Origin: Candidatus Peregrinibacteria bacterium
GTDB taxonomy: Bacteria > Patescibacteriota > Gracilibacteria > UBA1369
DNA: 64,000 nucleotides
Assembly (NCBI GenBank): GCA_963708185.1
Contig: OY970195.1
Span: forward strand, 576,001 to 640,000
Direction: 5' to 3'
Shown: positions 27,597-36,911 of the stretch, one piece after another
Position numbering within the stretch: position 1 is the first letter of the stretch
How the letters are laid out: every line of letters begins with the position of its first letter
Translations under genes and position numbers: made by a program
Notes under the pieces: model-generated
What the model saw: the letters and a program-made list of their open reading frames with translations, nothing else
Databases searched by the model: none
Told to the model about the DNA's origin: nothing

Positions 27597-28274
27597 ATGA
27601 TCAATATTGAAGCAAGCAGGAAAAAATTTCCCGACATGCTCAAACTTCTGAAAAAAACATATCCTCAGGCCAAGACGGCACTGCATTTCCGCACGCCGAT
27701 CCAGATGCTCGTTTCGACGATCCTTTCCGCGCAGTGTACGGATGAAAGGGTGAATAAAGTGACCCCGGCGCTGTTCGCACAATACAAAACCGTCGAAGAT
27801 TTCGCCACAGCCAAAATGCCCGAACTGCAGACCATGATCCGCTCCACGGGATTTTACCGGAACAAAGCGAAAAACATTCAGGGCGCGGCCAAAACGATCG
27901 TGGAAAAATTCCACGGCAAGGTTCCGCGCACCATGGAGGAGATGCTGGAACTTCCAGGCGTGGCCCGTAAAACTGCCAATGTGGTCCTGGACAACGCCTA
28001 CGGCATTGTTGAAGGCATCGTGGTCGACACCCACGTGGGCAGACTTTCGCGAAGACTGGGCCTGACCAAACAGACCAACGCCGTGAAAGTCGAAGAGGAT
28101 TTGATCAAGATCGTCCCGCGAAAGTCGTGGAGTGAAATTTCCTATCTGTTGATTGACCACGGGCGTGCGGTCTGCAAATCGGTCAAACCGAACTGCTCGG
28201 CGTGCGTGCTCAACAAACTTTGTCCGTCAGCCTTTGATTTTGACGCCAAAGGAAAATGGAAGGGCGTGAAATAG
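27597..28274 (+). CDS. nth: Endonuclease III
   Basis: LSAQCTD, LPGVARKTANVV HhH, VVDTHV, C-X6-C-X2-C-X5-C FeS motif. Confidence 0.96.
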   Translation: MINIEASRKKFPDMLKLLKKTYPQAKTALHFRTPIQMLVSTILSAQCTDERVNKVTPALFAQYKTVEDFATAKMPELQTMIRSTGFYRNKAKNIQGAAKTIVEKFHGKVPRTMEEMLELPGVARKTANVVLDNAYGIVEGIVVDTHVGRLSRRLGLTKQTNAVKVEEDLIKIVPRKSWSEISYLLIDHGRAVCKSVKPNCSACVLNKLCPSAFDFDAKGKWKGVK

Positions 28275-28288
28275 GTTAAGAGCGCCTT

Positions 28289-28984
28289 CTACTGTTTTTG
28301 ATACAGCCCAACAAGCGTGGTCTGGGCAATAGCATGCGGCTGCATGGCTTTTTCGAGGGCGTCTTTGTCGGTCGTTTCCGGAAGGTTGAGTTCAGCGTCG
28401 AGCGCGTAGAGCATAAACTGGTAGTGGTGAATGCCCGACGGCGGACAAGGCCCGGTCCATCGGCTGTTTCCCGCTCCGTTGTGTCCCTGAACGGCGCCCT
28501 GCGGTACGGTATTTTCGGGGATCTCCGTTGTTGAAGCCGGAATGTTCCACATGACCCAGTGTGTGAATCCTCCGGCGCGGGGGGCGTCGGGATCGTGGAC
28601 GATGAGGGCGAGAGTTTTGGCTTCCGCCGGAACGTCGCTGATCTGCAGCGGAGGACTCATCCCCTGGCCGTCACAGGTGTATTGTGATGGAATGTTTCCG
28701 TTATTCTGGAAAGCGGAACTTGTGATGTTCATGGTGGTTGATGGTGATGGAATAGAAGTTGTTGTGGAGACGACCTGCGTTGGAGATCCTGAAACCTGCT
28801 GGCTAAGATTTTGAAGATTTTGGGTCAACCCGTTAAAAAACTGATCTCTGGCTTGAGGGCTGACAAAAAACACCATAACAAGAATAAAAAGCACGACAAA
28901 TATCCAGACAACAAACGCAGCTTTATTATAGACGCCTGCTATTTTGTTCCAGATGATTTCGAGAATTTTCAAAAATTTTTCCAT
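28289..28984 (-). CDS. Membrane-anchored YbhB/YbcL (PEBP) family protein
   Basis: YTCDG, SPPL, HDPDAP, FTHWVMWNIP, GPCPP, HHY. Confidence 0.9.
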   Translation of the reverse strand: MEKFLKILEIIWNKIAGVYNKAAFVVWIFVVLFILVMVFFVSPQARDQFFNGLTQNLQNLSQQVSGSPTQVVSTTTSIPSPSTTMNITSSAFQNNGNIPSQYTCDGQGMSPPLQISDVPAEAKTLALIVHDPDAPRAGGFTHWVMWNIPASTTEIPENTVPQGAVQGHNGAGNSRWTGPCPPSGIHHYQFMLYALDAELNLPETTDKDALEKAMQPHAIAQTTLVGLYQKQ

Positions 28985-29072
28985 ATTCCGATTATAGCAC
29001 CACCAAAACTTCATGGGAAAATGAAGAAGCTGTGGTATACTCCGAGATAGTTCATTTTTTGACTTCCTTCCC

Positions 29073-30086
29073 ATGAAAAAAACTACTTTCACAAAACTTT
29101 TCGCTTTGCTGGCGGGCATCGCCTTGATTGTTCCGGGTCTTACACTGGCTTCCGAAATCCGAGCTGGCGCCAATGAAAACGTCGACCAGACGGAAACCAT
29201 CAATCAGAATCTCTACCTCGCGGGTCCGAATCCGATCATCGCCGGTACCGTGCAGGGAGACCTGCTGGTTTGGGGCAGCAACATTAACATGAGCGGCACG
29301 GTTTTCCAGGACGCCATGCTGGCAGGAGCCGCTATCAATATTACCGGGCACGTCGGCGGAGACCTGAGGGTCGCAGCCGGGAACATTGTCATTGACGGTC
29401 CCGTGGACGGGGAACTCATGGCGGCCGGCGGAAATGTGAACATCGGCCCGCATGCCGTGATCCGTGGAGACGTGAACATTGTCGGGGGACAGGTCAACGT
29501 AGATCCTTCGGCCCAAATGCTCAGTTCAAAAATCAACATCCAAAACGGTGAAAAAGATCGCCAGACGGCGCCTCGCCCGTTGTTGATGGATACGAATAAA
29601 TTTTTAACCACAGCGTTCTGGGTCGGACAACTTTTGATGCTTCTGGGAATTTTCGTGGTGGTGGCGATCATGCATCTGCTTTTTCCGGGCTTCACCAAAA
29701 AGTTTGTGCTGGAAAGCTCGCCAAAAAATTTCTGGAAGAGTTTCGTGCTTGGACTTGTGCTGTTTATCGTGATGCCGATTGCGGCCATCATCTCTTTCGT
29801 AACGATAATCGGCGGATTCCTTGGCGGGCTTATTTTGATCGCCTATGTGGCCATGATCATTGTCAGCGTCATTTATGGCGGCGTGGTCCTTGGTGTGCTG
29901 CTTTATGATTTCATTAAAAAGCCCAAACGCTATGCTTTTGGCTGGTGGTGGCTCATCCTTGGTATCGTGGGACTCCACGTGATTACCTGGATCCCGATCG
30001 TGGGTTGGATCATTGGCTTTGTGTTCTTCCTTACCGCGTGGGGAGCTTTGCTTTCGCTCAAATGGAAGCAAATGAAGGCGATGTAG
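29073..30086 (+). CDS. Beta-helix (bactofilin-like repeat) membrane protein
   Basis: Signal peptide, repeated I.G.V.GD units, 4-5 C-terminal TM helices. Confidence 0.8.
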   Translation: MKKTTFTKLFALLAGIALIVPGLTLASEIRAGANENVDQTETINQNLYLAGPNPIIAGTVQGDLLVWGSNINMSGTVFQDAMLAGAAINITGHVGGDLRVAAGNIVIDGPVDGELMAAGGNVNIGPHAVIRGDVNIVGGQVNVDPSAQMLSSKINIQNGEKDRQTAPRPLLMDTNKFLTTAFWVGQLLMLLGIFVVVAIMHLLFPGFTKKFVLESSPKNFWKSFVLGLVLFIVMPIAAIISFVTIIGGFLGGLILIAYVAMIIVSVIYGGVVLGVLLYDFIKKPKRYAFGWWWLILGIVGLHVITWIPIVGWIIGFVFFLTAWGALLSLKWKQMKAM

Positions 30087-30196
30087 TTTTGAACAGGTTC
30101 TTTATTGCAAAGCCAGACAACCGGCTGGTCCGAACTCGGCTGTTTGACTTTCGCATGGGTTTTGTTAGAGTTTACCCCGCTGAATATTGCGCATAT

Positions 30197-30276
30197 TGGG
30201 GCGTCGCCCCCGAAGGGGTAAACAAGTGGTAAGGCACCCCATTGGGGCATTCGAAGGTTCATTCTTACCCCCGGCA
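30197..30276 (+). pseudogene. Remodelled tRNA-Gln-like copy
   Basis: Three blocks identical to downstream tRNA-Gln (12, 14, 13 nt) with inserted and replaced hairpins. Confidence 0.75.
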
Positions 30277-30278
30277 TC

Positions 30279-30521
30279 ATGTATCATGTTTATATATTGC
30301 GAAGCGAAAAAGACGGAAAGCGGTATATTGGCCAGACAGGTAATCTTGAACAACGATTGAGCAGACATAATGAAGGAAGAGTTCCTTCGACGAAATACCG
30401 GAGGCCACTTCACCTCATTCATTCTGAAGAATACGAAACAAGAGCAGACGCGTTAGCAAGAGAAAGATATCTTAAATCACCTGACGGATATTACGAACTG
30501 GAAGTGATCACCGGAGATTAA
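30279..30521 (+). CDS. Small stand-alone GIY-YIG nuclease
   Basis: HVYILRS...YIGQT.NLEQRL.RHN.G...STK...A..RE..LK. Confidence 0.92.
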   Translation: MYHVYILRSEKDGKRYIGQTGNLEQRLSRHNEGRVPSTKYRRPLHLIHSEEYETRADALARERYLKSPDGYYELEVITGD

Positions 30522-30596
30522 TGGGGCGTCGCCAAGTGGTAAGGCAGTGGCCTTTGGAGCCACCATTCGAAGGTTCGAATCCTTCCGCCCCAGCCA
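30522..30596 (+). tRNA. tRNA-Gln(UUG)
   Basis: TGGGGCG/CGCCCCA acceptor, GTGGC-CTTTGGA-GCCAC, GGTTCGAATCC, CCA. Confidence 0.97.
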
Positions 30597-30815
30597 AGTG
30601 ATTCAGTTTGTTCAGCTATGATCCACCTCCATAGGGTTGTGATAATTTGAAATGGTGCTCTTTTTGATGCTGAAAAGGTCCTTGTGGACTTGTTTATGGT
30701 ACTAGACCCACGTCCCATAGGCGAAGTAGTCATTGGAAAGTTTTCATTCTTGCTATGTACGTTTCCCGCCGGCTATAATTGGTATTTAATTATAAGATAC
30801 CTTCATTTTTTCTTT

Positions 30816-31274
30816 ATGAAACATTCTGTCAGTACCGCGGTGAAAAAATTTTTCGAGGATTATGAAACAAACATCAACGCCGGTGGGTCTGAATTCATTA
30901 CCAAGGCGTACGGCGATCCGGTCATGATCGCGATGCCCAAAGGTTCGTACGCTTTCACGAATGAAGCTTTCCGGAAAATGATTCCAAACCGTAAACAGTT
31001 CTTTGACGCTACCGGGTTAAAGTCTTCATCCATTTCGTCACTGGAAGAGCTGAGCGGCGACGAAAGCTTTTTCATCGTAAAGACCGTCTGGAATTTTCAT
31101 TTTGAAAAGAATCCCGGAAAACCGTTTGATGTTCGGACGGCTTCGACCTATGTCTTACGGAAAGAAGGCGATTCACCCCGGATCATTTTTCAGCTGGACC
31201 ATGAAGATCTCAAGGAGAAAATCCAGGGACATGCAGAAACCGTGACGCATGATGGAGTTGAGGCTTCTTCGTGA
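30816..31274 (+). CDS. NTF2/SnoaL-like protein
   Basis: FFEDY...Y...; C-terminal STYVLRK...RIIFQLDHE pattern. Confidence 0.65.
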   Translation: MKHSVSTAVKKFFEDYETNINAGGSEFITKAYGDPVMIAMPKGSYAFTNEAFRKMIPNRKQFFDATGLKSSSISSLEELSGDESFFIVKTVWNFHFEKNPGKPFDVRTASTYVLRKEGDSPRIIFQLDHEDLKEKIQGHAETVTHDGVEASS

Positions 31275-31312
31275 ATCCGTTATAATCGAACGTAAGCGAT
31301 TCAAAACAAACC

Positions 31313-31804
31313 ATGCAAATAAACATCTTCATGTGGATCCTGTTCATTGTCCTGTGCGAGGCCGTAGGGCTGGTGGGTTCGTTTTCCGTTACGCAGGCCA
31401 TTCCAACGTGGTATGCCAAACTAAAGAAACCTTCCTTTAGTCCGCCGAACTGGGTGTTCGGGCCTGTGTGGACGATCCTCTATTTTTTGATTGGGATTTC
31501 CGTTGCCATGCTGTGGGAACAGCTTCCGGTGACTTCCCTGGCATTCCTTTTATTTGTGATGCAGTTGTTTTTGAACGGGATCTGGACTCCCGTATTTTTT
31601 GGTCTGAAAAATATTGAAAGCGCTTTTTATATCATTGTCACTCTCTGGATTTTTACGTTATTGACAATTATCGCGTGCTGGACGGTCAGCCTTGCCGCGG
31701 CTGTCCTGCTTTTGCCTTATTTTGCCTGGATTTCCTTTGCCGCTTTGTTGAACTTCAAAATCTGGCAACTGAATAAAAAGTCCTGGTTCCCTTTCCATTT
31801 TTAA
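31313..31804 (+). CDS. tspO: TspO/MBR tryptophan-rich sensory protein
   Basis: WYAKLKKPSFSPPNWVFGPVWTILY, LNGIWTPVFF, LLPYFAWISFA. Confidence 0.95.
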   Translation: MQINIFMWILFIVLCEAVGLVGSFSVTQAIPTWYAKLKKPSFSPPNWVFGPVWTILYFLIGISVAMLWEQLPVTSLAFLLFVMQLFLNGIWTPVFFGLKNIESAFYIIVTLWIFTLLTIIACWTVSLAAAVLLLPYFAWISFAALLNFKIWQLNKKSWFPFHF

Positions 31805-31814
31805 AGAACGGTCT

Positions 31815-32519
31815 ATGGATAGATTCATCAAGGTCGGGTATTTTCTGGGTTTTGCCGTCGTGGCCATCGGCTCGTTTTTTGCACTGTTCATGAGACCGCA
31901 GATTCCGCCGATTGAAAGTTCTCAGCAGCAGACGCAAGTCTTTACGCAGTATGCGTCAACGGTTACGGAGCAGACACAAGCAACGATCCAGCCGACCCAA
32001 CAAGTTACCGTTCAACCCTTGCTGAGTCCCCCACTTCCAGACGCTCTTTCTCGCGTTACCAAAAAGACGTTCGGCTTGTATGTATCGCCGGGAAACTCTC
32101 CGGTGAGTCCGGAAAAATTCCAGGGCTATCATACCGGCGTGGATTTTGAAACTTTTCCCGACGAACAGGAGGTTGACGTTCCCGTGAGCGCGGTCTGCAG
32201 CGGTCCGCTCGTGATGAAAAAGGTCGCGACCGGCTATGGCGGCGTCGCCGTCCAGCAATGTACGCTCGACGGCCAGGATGTCACCATCGTCTACGGTCAT
32301 CTCCGTTTTACCAGCATCAAACCCGCGGTCCACGACCAGCTCCAGGCCGGTCAAACGTTCGCGGTTCTGGGGACGGGCTACAGCAGCGAAACCGACGGTG
32401 AACGTAAACATCTTCACCTGGGAATTCACAAAGGCACGACCATCAATATTCTGGGGTACGTTCAAACCAAGGCAGCTTTAAGCCAATGGCTGGACGCGAC
32501 GAAGTACCTTTCATTTTAG
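31815..32519 (+). CDS. Membrane-anchored M23 peptidase
   Basis: YHTGVD, GYGG, YGHL, HLHLGI. Confidence 0.88.
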   Translation: MDRFIKVGYFLGFAVVAIGSFFALFMRPQIPPIESSQQQTQVFTQYASTVTEQTQATIQPTQQVTVQPLLSPPLPDALSRVTKKTFGLYVSPGNSPVSPEKFQGYHTGVDFETFPDEQEVDVPVSAVCSGPLVMKKVATGYGGVAVQQCTLDGQDVTIVYGHLRFTSIKPAVHDQLQAGQTFAVLGTGYSSETDGERKHLHLGIHKGTTINILGYVQTKAALSQWLDATKYLSF

Positions 32520-32549
32520 TGCCTTGCGTGTTGAAAGTGACACTTCACA

Positions 32550-34325
32550 CTACGGAGTTAATGACTCGGGCGGGGGTGGAGTGCTCGATTGGTTCGAAGA
32601 TGACTGAGGAGCTGTTTGATTCGACGGTGCGCTTGGAACAATTTCCGAAGGGGGTGGAGCAGACGTCGATGTGTTTGATGTTGATGTTGTCGATGACGTT
32701 GGAGTTGTCGACGAAGGCTGTGACGGGATCACCGGATCCTGAGGGGATGATGTGTCAGTCGGGGCCGCCGGCTGAGGCTGCGGAGAAAACTGATCTTGAG
32801 GTGCGTTTGGCGGCGGCTTAGAACTGTCCGAGGAAGGCGGCTGGGGAGCCGGAGCTATCGAGATTGTTTCCTGCGGTGTGCCGGAGGCATGAACTTTCAC
32901 TTTCGGGTGTGTTTCCTGTGTCGGCGTCGACTGTTGAGAGAGGCCGTCAACGGGACAATGGAGCATGTAAAAATCACGGGTAAAGAGCTGGTCCAGGGTG
33001 ATCGATGAAAGATCCGGCTGGGTGCTTGCCTCCTGGGTCGAAGAGAGCGCGAGCTGCTCCTGGGTCGAAGCCTGGGTGTGCTGTTGGGAAGCTTGAGCAG
33101 TCGATGTGGACGAAGTTCCTAGCAGCGGCGCCGTGGATACCTGGCCGGGCTGTGAAAGGATTGCCACCGTATTGTCTCCGTAGATCGTCTTGAGATCCAT
33201 GCAAAGATTTTCAACGTTGTAGCATGCGGTGTTGTTACCGAGATCTTCCTCAAGGGAGGCCTGTTTATCCTTCAGAGTCTGAAGCATGTCCGGCGTTGTT
33301 CCGGGATCTTTTCCGGCTTTGTCGCGCAGGTCATTGAGGAAAAGAAGCTGCCATTTGAGCGAATCGCAGGTTGAGAGTGTACGTCCGCAGGTTTTGTCTT
33401 CGGATTTCTGGACGACGAGATTAAAATATTGGTCCCAGGTTTTGGTTTGCTGTGCCTGGGCTATGCGATCATCATAGACCGCGCAAGGTGAACAATTATT
33501 TTGTTCGGCAACTGCCTGGAGCTGTGTTTTCTTGCTAATATCAGCGGGGTCAATACTCTGACCGAGGGTGAGGATCTGATCGCTGAGCTGGGCACACGTC
33601 GTACACTGTACCGGTTGGATCCCTGCCGTCGGCTGAGTATATGCATCCGGCAGATTCAGGTCAAAGTAGTTGTTGTTGATGTCGCATGCGCAGCGGCTGC
33701 TGATCGGGTCCATTACCTGTCCGGTCGGGCAGGCGTTGAGGGTAATCTGGGTGATATTGGAAAGATCCGTGATTTGAGATGTCTGCTGGCTTTCGGCCCG
33801 GGTTTGTTCCTGCGTCGGAGTAACGGCAGGGGTTTCAAGGTTCGACGGTTGTTCAGCGGCACCCTTCAACTGTTCAGGATTCTGCGGCGGTGGATTGAAA
33901 ACCCCGCTGGAGTACAAACCGATGGCCGTCCCTGCAAGCATCAAGACCACGACGCCGGCCACGATCCATTTCATGGAACCAGAATGAGCCTTTTGGAGCG
34001 GTGCTTCAACGGATTGAGAAGCAACGGCTTCCACGGAAGCGGGTTCGCTTGCAGGAGCCGGCTGGGGAGGTTCCGGGTGAGCTTCAGATTCGGGCGGGGC
34101 CTGTGGTTCCAGTACTTTATCTGACTGTTGAGCCTCTTGTGGTTGGACAGGAGTCGGTTCACTGACCGGGGCTTGTTCCTGAGGCTGAAGGGTTGCCGGC
34201 TGGGATGTTGTCGCCGGCTGGCTGTCATCAAGTGAAAAGACCTTCACCTGCTGTTCTTGAGGTTGAGGAGCTGAAGGCTGGGACGGTTCCGTCTGCTGCA
34301 TTCCTGACTGTTCTTCGTTCTCCAT
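32550..34325 (-). CDS. Single-pass Pro/Gln/Ser/Thr-rich protein with Cys-containing extracellular core
   Basis: Disordered N-terminus, TM WIVAGVVVLMLAGTAIGLY, paired Cys motifs. Confidence 0.8.
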   Translation of the reverse strand: MENEEQSGMQQTEPSQPSAPQPQEQQVKVFSLDDSQPATTSQPATLQPQEQAPVSEPTPVQPQEAQQSDKVLEPQAPPESEAHPEPPQPAPASEPASVEAVASQSVEAPLQKAHSGSMKWIVAGVVVLMLAGTAIGLYSSGVFNPPPQNPEQLKGAAEQPSNLETPAVTPTQEQTRAESQQTSQITDLSNITQITLNACPTGQVMDPISSRCACDINNNYFDLNLPDAYTQPTAGIQPVQCTTCAQLSDQILTLGQSIDPADISKKTQLQAVAEQNNCSPCAVYDDRIAQAQQTKTWDQYFNLVVQKSEDKTCGRTLSTCDSLKWQLLFLNDLRDKAGKDPGTTPDMLQTLKDKQASLEEDLGNNTACYNVENLCMDLKTIYGDNTVAILSQPGQVSTAPLLGTSSTSTAQASQQHTQASTQEQLALSSTQEASTQPDLSSITLDQLFTRDFYMLHCPVDGLSQQSTPTQETHPKVKVHASGTPQETISIAPAPQPPSSDSSKPPPNAPQDQFSPQPQPAAPTDTSSPQDPVIPSQPSSTTPTSSTTSTSNTSTSAPPPSEIVPSAPSNQTAPQSSSNQSSTPPPPESLTP

Positions 34326-34382
34326 TATTTTTTATTTTAGGTATCGTTAAATTATAACATAAAATATGCTTTTAAACAATTT

Positions 34383-34408
34383 AAAAGGCCCTGATGTTCA
34401 GGGCCTTT
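34383..34408 (-). terminator. Terminator of pilin/PKD operon
   Basis: AAAAGGCCCTGA-TGT-TCAGGGCCTTT. Confidence 0.75.
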
Positions 34409-34431
34409 CGTGTTGTATTGAAGCCATTTTT

Positions 34432-34548
34432 CTAAGCTTTCACTCCGAGGCTCAGATACGGGAGGATAGCTGCCAAAAGGATCATGAGAATCGTGGCGAT
34501 TCCCACGGCTTTAATGATCTTCTTTTGTCTCCTGGTGTGCGTGCTCAT
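34432..34548 (-). CDS. 38-aa single-TM microprotein (not in ORF track)
   Basis: MSTHTRRQKKIIKAVGIATILMILLAAILPYLSLGVKA*, 11 nt after upstream stop, before terminator. Confidence 0.65.
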   Translation of the reverse strand: MSTHTRRQKKIIKAVGIATILMILLAAILPYLSLGVKA

Positions 34549-34559
34549 GCTTGTTGAGG

Positions 34560-36911
34560 TTACTGAACAGTACCGGTGACCAGAATGTCCATGGTGAAGC
34601 TATCAACGACGTTCTGGTTGTCGGCCACCTCCAATTTTACAGTATAACTTCCTGCGTTGGCAAAGGTATGGGTCGGCTTTCGGGTTCTGGAGGTCTGTCC
34701 ATCGCCGAAATCCCAATTGTAACTTGCAACAGTGCCGGTCGAACAGCGTGGATCAAAATCCACGGTCAACGGTGCTGCACCCTGTGTCGTGCTTGCTTCA
34801 AAACAGGATTTTAAAGGCACCGGGCGTACGTTGACCTGTGTTTGAGCGGTTGACTTGGACCCGTCGGATGCGATGGCTGTTACCTTCGCGGTAAATGTTC
34901 CGATCTGATTGTATTTGTAGGTAACCTTGGAAACGTCGATGCGTTTCGGTGTACCGTCGCCGAAGTCCCATTCATAACTGACGATCTGTCCAGTTGGATA
35001 GCTCGATCCCGAAGCGTCGAAGGTCACGGTCAATGGAACGACACCCTCAATCGGATCCGCGACCACGCGGGCCTGAATTCCCTGAGCAGCGACTTTCACA
35101 ACCATGACCGTACTTGCGGTTTTATTTTGAGCATCATAAACGGTGAGGGTCGCGTTGTAGGTTCCGGCCGTGTTATACACGTAGCTTACCTGTTTTCCTG
35201 AATCGTCGATCTTGCCGTCTCCGTCAAAATCCCATTTGTAATCGACGATGGACCCGTTGTCTTCCTTGCTCGGGGAGCCGTCGAAATTCACCTGGAACGG
35301 AACGGTGCCGCTGATATAGCCGTCTCCCTGTTTTGCTTCGGTTGGAACGGTCGTAAAAGACGCGATCGGTGCTCCGGTCGGTTTTTCAAGCGTAAGGGTT
35401 TGCGTCGTCTGGTTCTTGGTTCCTTTGGCGTCAGTAACGGTCAAACTTACGACGTAATCGCCCGGATCTTTATAAACGTGCGTTGCGGTACGGGTGGTGG
35501 CGTGAGGAGTCTGATCTCCGAAATCCCATTCGTAACTGTTAATCTGACCGTTCGGGCTGGAAGATTTTTCACCTGAAAAATTGTATTGGGTTCCGGTGTA
35601 GTAGTGCCCGTCCTGTGTGGGAACATCAATCACCGCTGTCGGAAGGTTCGGTCCCTGGACGGTGATGTCGTGGGAAATTACCGCGTACTGTCCGGTGTTA
35701 TCGGTTACGCGAAGGTTCACGGTGTAGGTTCCGACTTTGTCAAAAGTGTGCTGGATGGTCGCCCCGGAACCGCCGTTAAAAGTATTGGTATTGTCAAAAT
35801 CCCAATCGTAAGCCTGAATTTCACCGGCGGGAGCACTCGATGCGGAAGCGTCAAAACTGACGTTCAACGGTGCGGGACCGGTATCCGGTGTCGCCGTAAA
35901 GTCGGCGTTCAGTTTCACGTTGGAAATGGTGACGATGGTACTGAAAGTCTGGGTCGTCTCTTCTCCGGTAGCTGAGTTTTGAAGGTCGACGTTCACCTTA
36001 ACGTCAAAGCGTCCGTTGTTTTTTCCGCGGTCTTTATAGGTATGGGACGGAGACTGGACCGTGGAAGTTTCCCCATCGCCAAAATCCCACAAAAAAGCCA
36101 AAATCTGGTATGTCCTTGTATCGAGCGGAAGTTTGGTCCCGTCAAACTTGATGGTTACGGGAGCGGTGAGTCCGAGTGTTGTCGCGGGGTCGGTAACGAT
36201 TCCGACCTGTTGCGTCTGTTGAGGTATGATGACTTTTTTGGAACTCATGTAGAGATAAATTCCAACCCAGATGAAGACCATGAAAATAAGGAGCAAACCC
36301 GAAGCACCAGCCAGGGTCAAACCTCCTTTGCGGCCTTCCTTGTCTTCTTTTCTGGCCATTGCCGCGCGGAAAATACCCACGATGGCAATGATGAAAAGGA
36401 TGATCGAGAAGAATCCAAAAATAACATTCACCAGGGTGATGAGCGAGTTGATGAATGTTGCAGGGTCAAGGCCGAGTGATCTTGCCATGGCGTTATCCCC
36501 TGTCGGCGAAGTTTGGGCTACGAAAATAAGTACAAAAAGAACAAACAATAAAATCGAACATCCAAAACATCCAACAGTCCAATACAAAAGCCTTCTGGCG
36601 CTTGGCGGTTTCCGTACGCCGGGTTTTTGTGCGCCGGGCTGGCCGGGACGCATTCCCGGGCGCATTGGTTGGCCTGGGCGCTGCATCTGTGGCTGCATAG
36701 GGCGCTGTTGATATTGCGGCTGTTGCATGGCCGGCCTTTGCATTTGCTGTTGTGGCTGCTGCTGCATTGGTTGAGCAGGCCGCTGCATTTGCGGCTGCAT
36801 TGGTTGCTGCGGCTGCATCCCCGGCTGTTGGGGTTGTTGGGCACCGCCGCCTGTGGATGGCACTCCGCCTGAACTTTGATTGCCGGGATTATTTGGATTT
36901 GTTTCTGGCAT
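34560..36911 (-). CDS. 3-TM membrane protein with multiple PKD domains
   Basis: Q/P/M-rich N-terminus, 3 TM, six WDF(G/D)D-type PKD repeats. Confidence 0.9.
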   Translation of the reverse strand: MPETNPNNPGNQSSGGVPSTGGGAQQPQQPGMQPQQPMQPQMQRPAQPMQQQPQQQMQRPAMQQPQYQQRPMQPQMQRPGQPMRPGMRPGQPGAQKPGVRKPPSARRLLYWTVGCFGCSILLFVLFVLIFVAQTSPTGDNAMARSLGLDPATFINSLITLVNVIFGFFSIILFIIAIVGIFRAAMARKEDKEGRKGGLTLAGASGLLLIFMVFIWVGIYLYMSSKKVIIPQQTQQVGIVTDPATTLGLTAPVTIKFDGTKLPLDTRTYQILAFLWDFGDGETSTVQSPSHTYKDRGKNNGRFDVKVNVDLQNSATGEETTQTFSTIVTISNVKLNADFTATPDTGPAPLNVSFDASASSAPAGEIQAYDWDFDNTNTFNGGSGATIQHTFDKVGTYTVNLRVTDNTGQYAVISHDITVQGPNLPTAVIDVPTQDGHYYTGTQYNFSGEKSSSPNGQINSYEWDFGDQTPHATTRTATHVYKDPGDYVVSLTVTDAKGTKNQTTQTLTLEKPTGAPIASFTTVPTEAKQGDGYISGTVPFQVNFDGSPSKEDNGSIVDYKWDFDGDGKIDDSGKQVSYVYNTAGTYNATLTVYDAQNKTASTVMVVKVAAQGIQARVVADPIEGVVPLTVTFDASGSSYPTGQIVSYEWDFGDGTPKRIDVSKVTYKYNQIGTFTAKVTAIASDGSKSTAQTQVNVRPVPLKSCFEASTTQGAAPLTVDFDPRCSTGTVASYNWDFGDGQTSRTRKPTHTFANAGSYTVKLEVADNQNVVDSFTMDILVTGTVQ

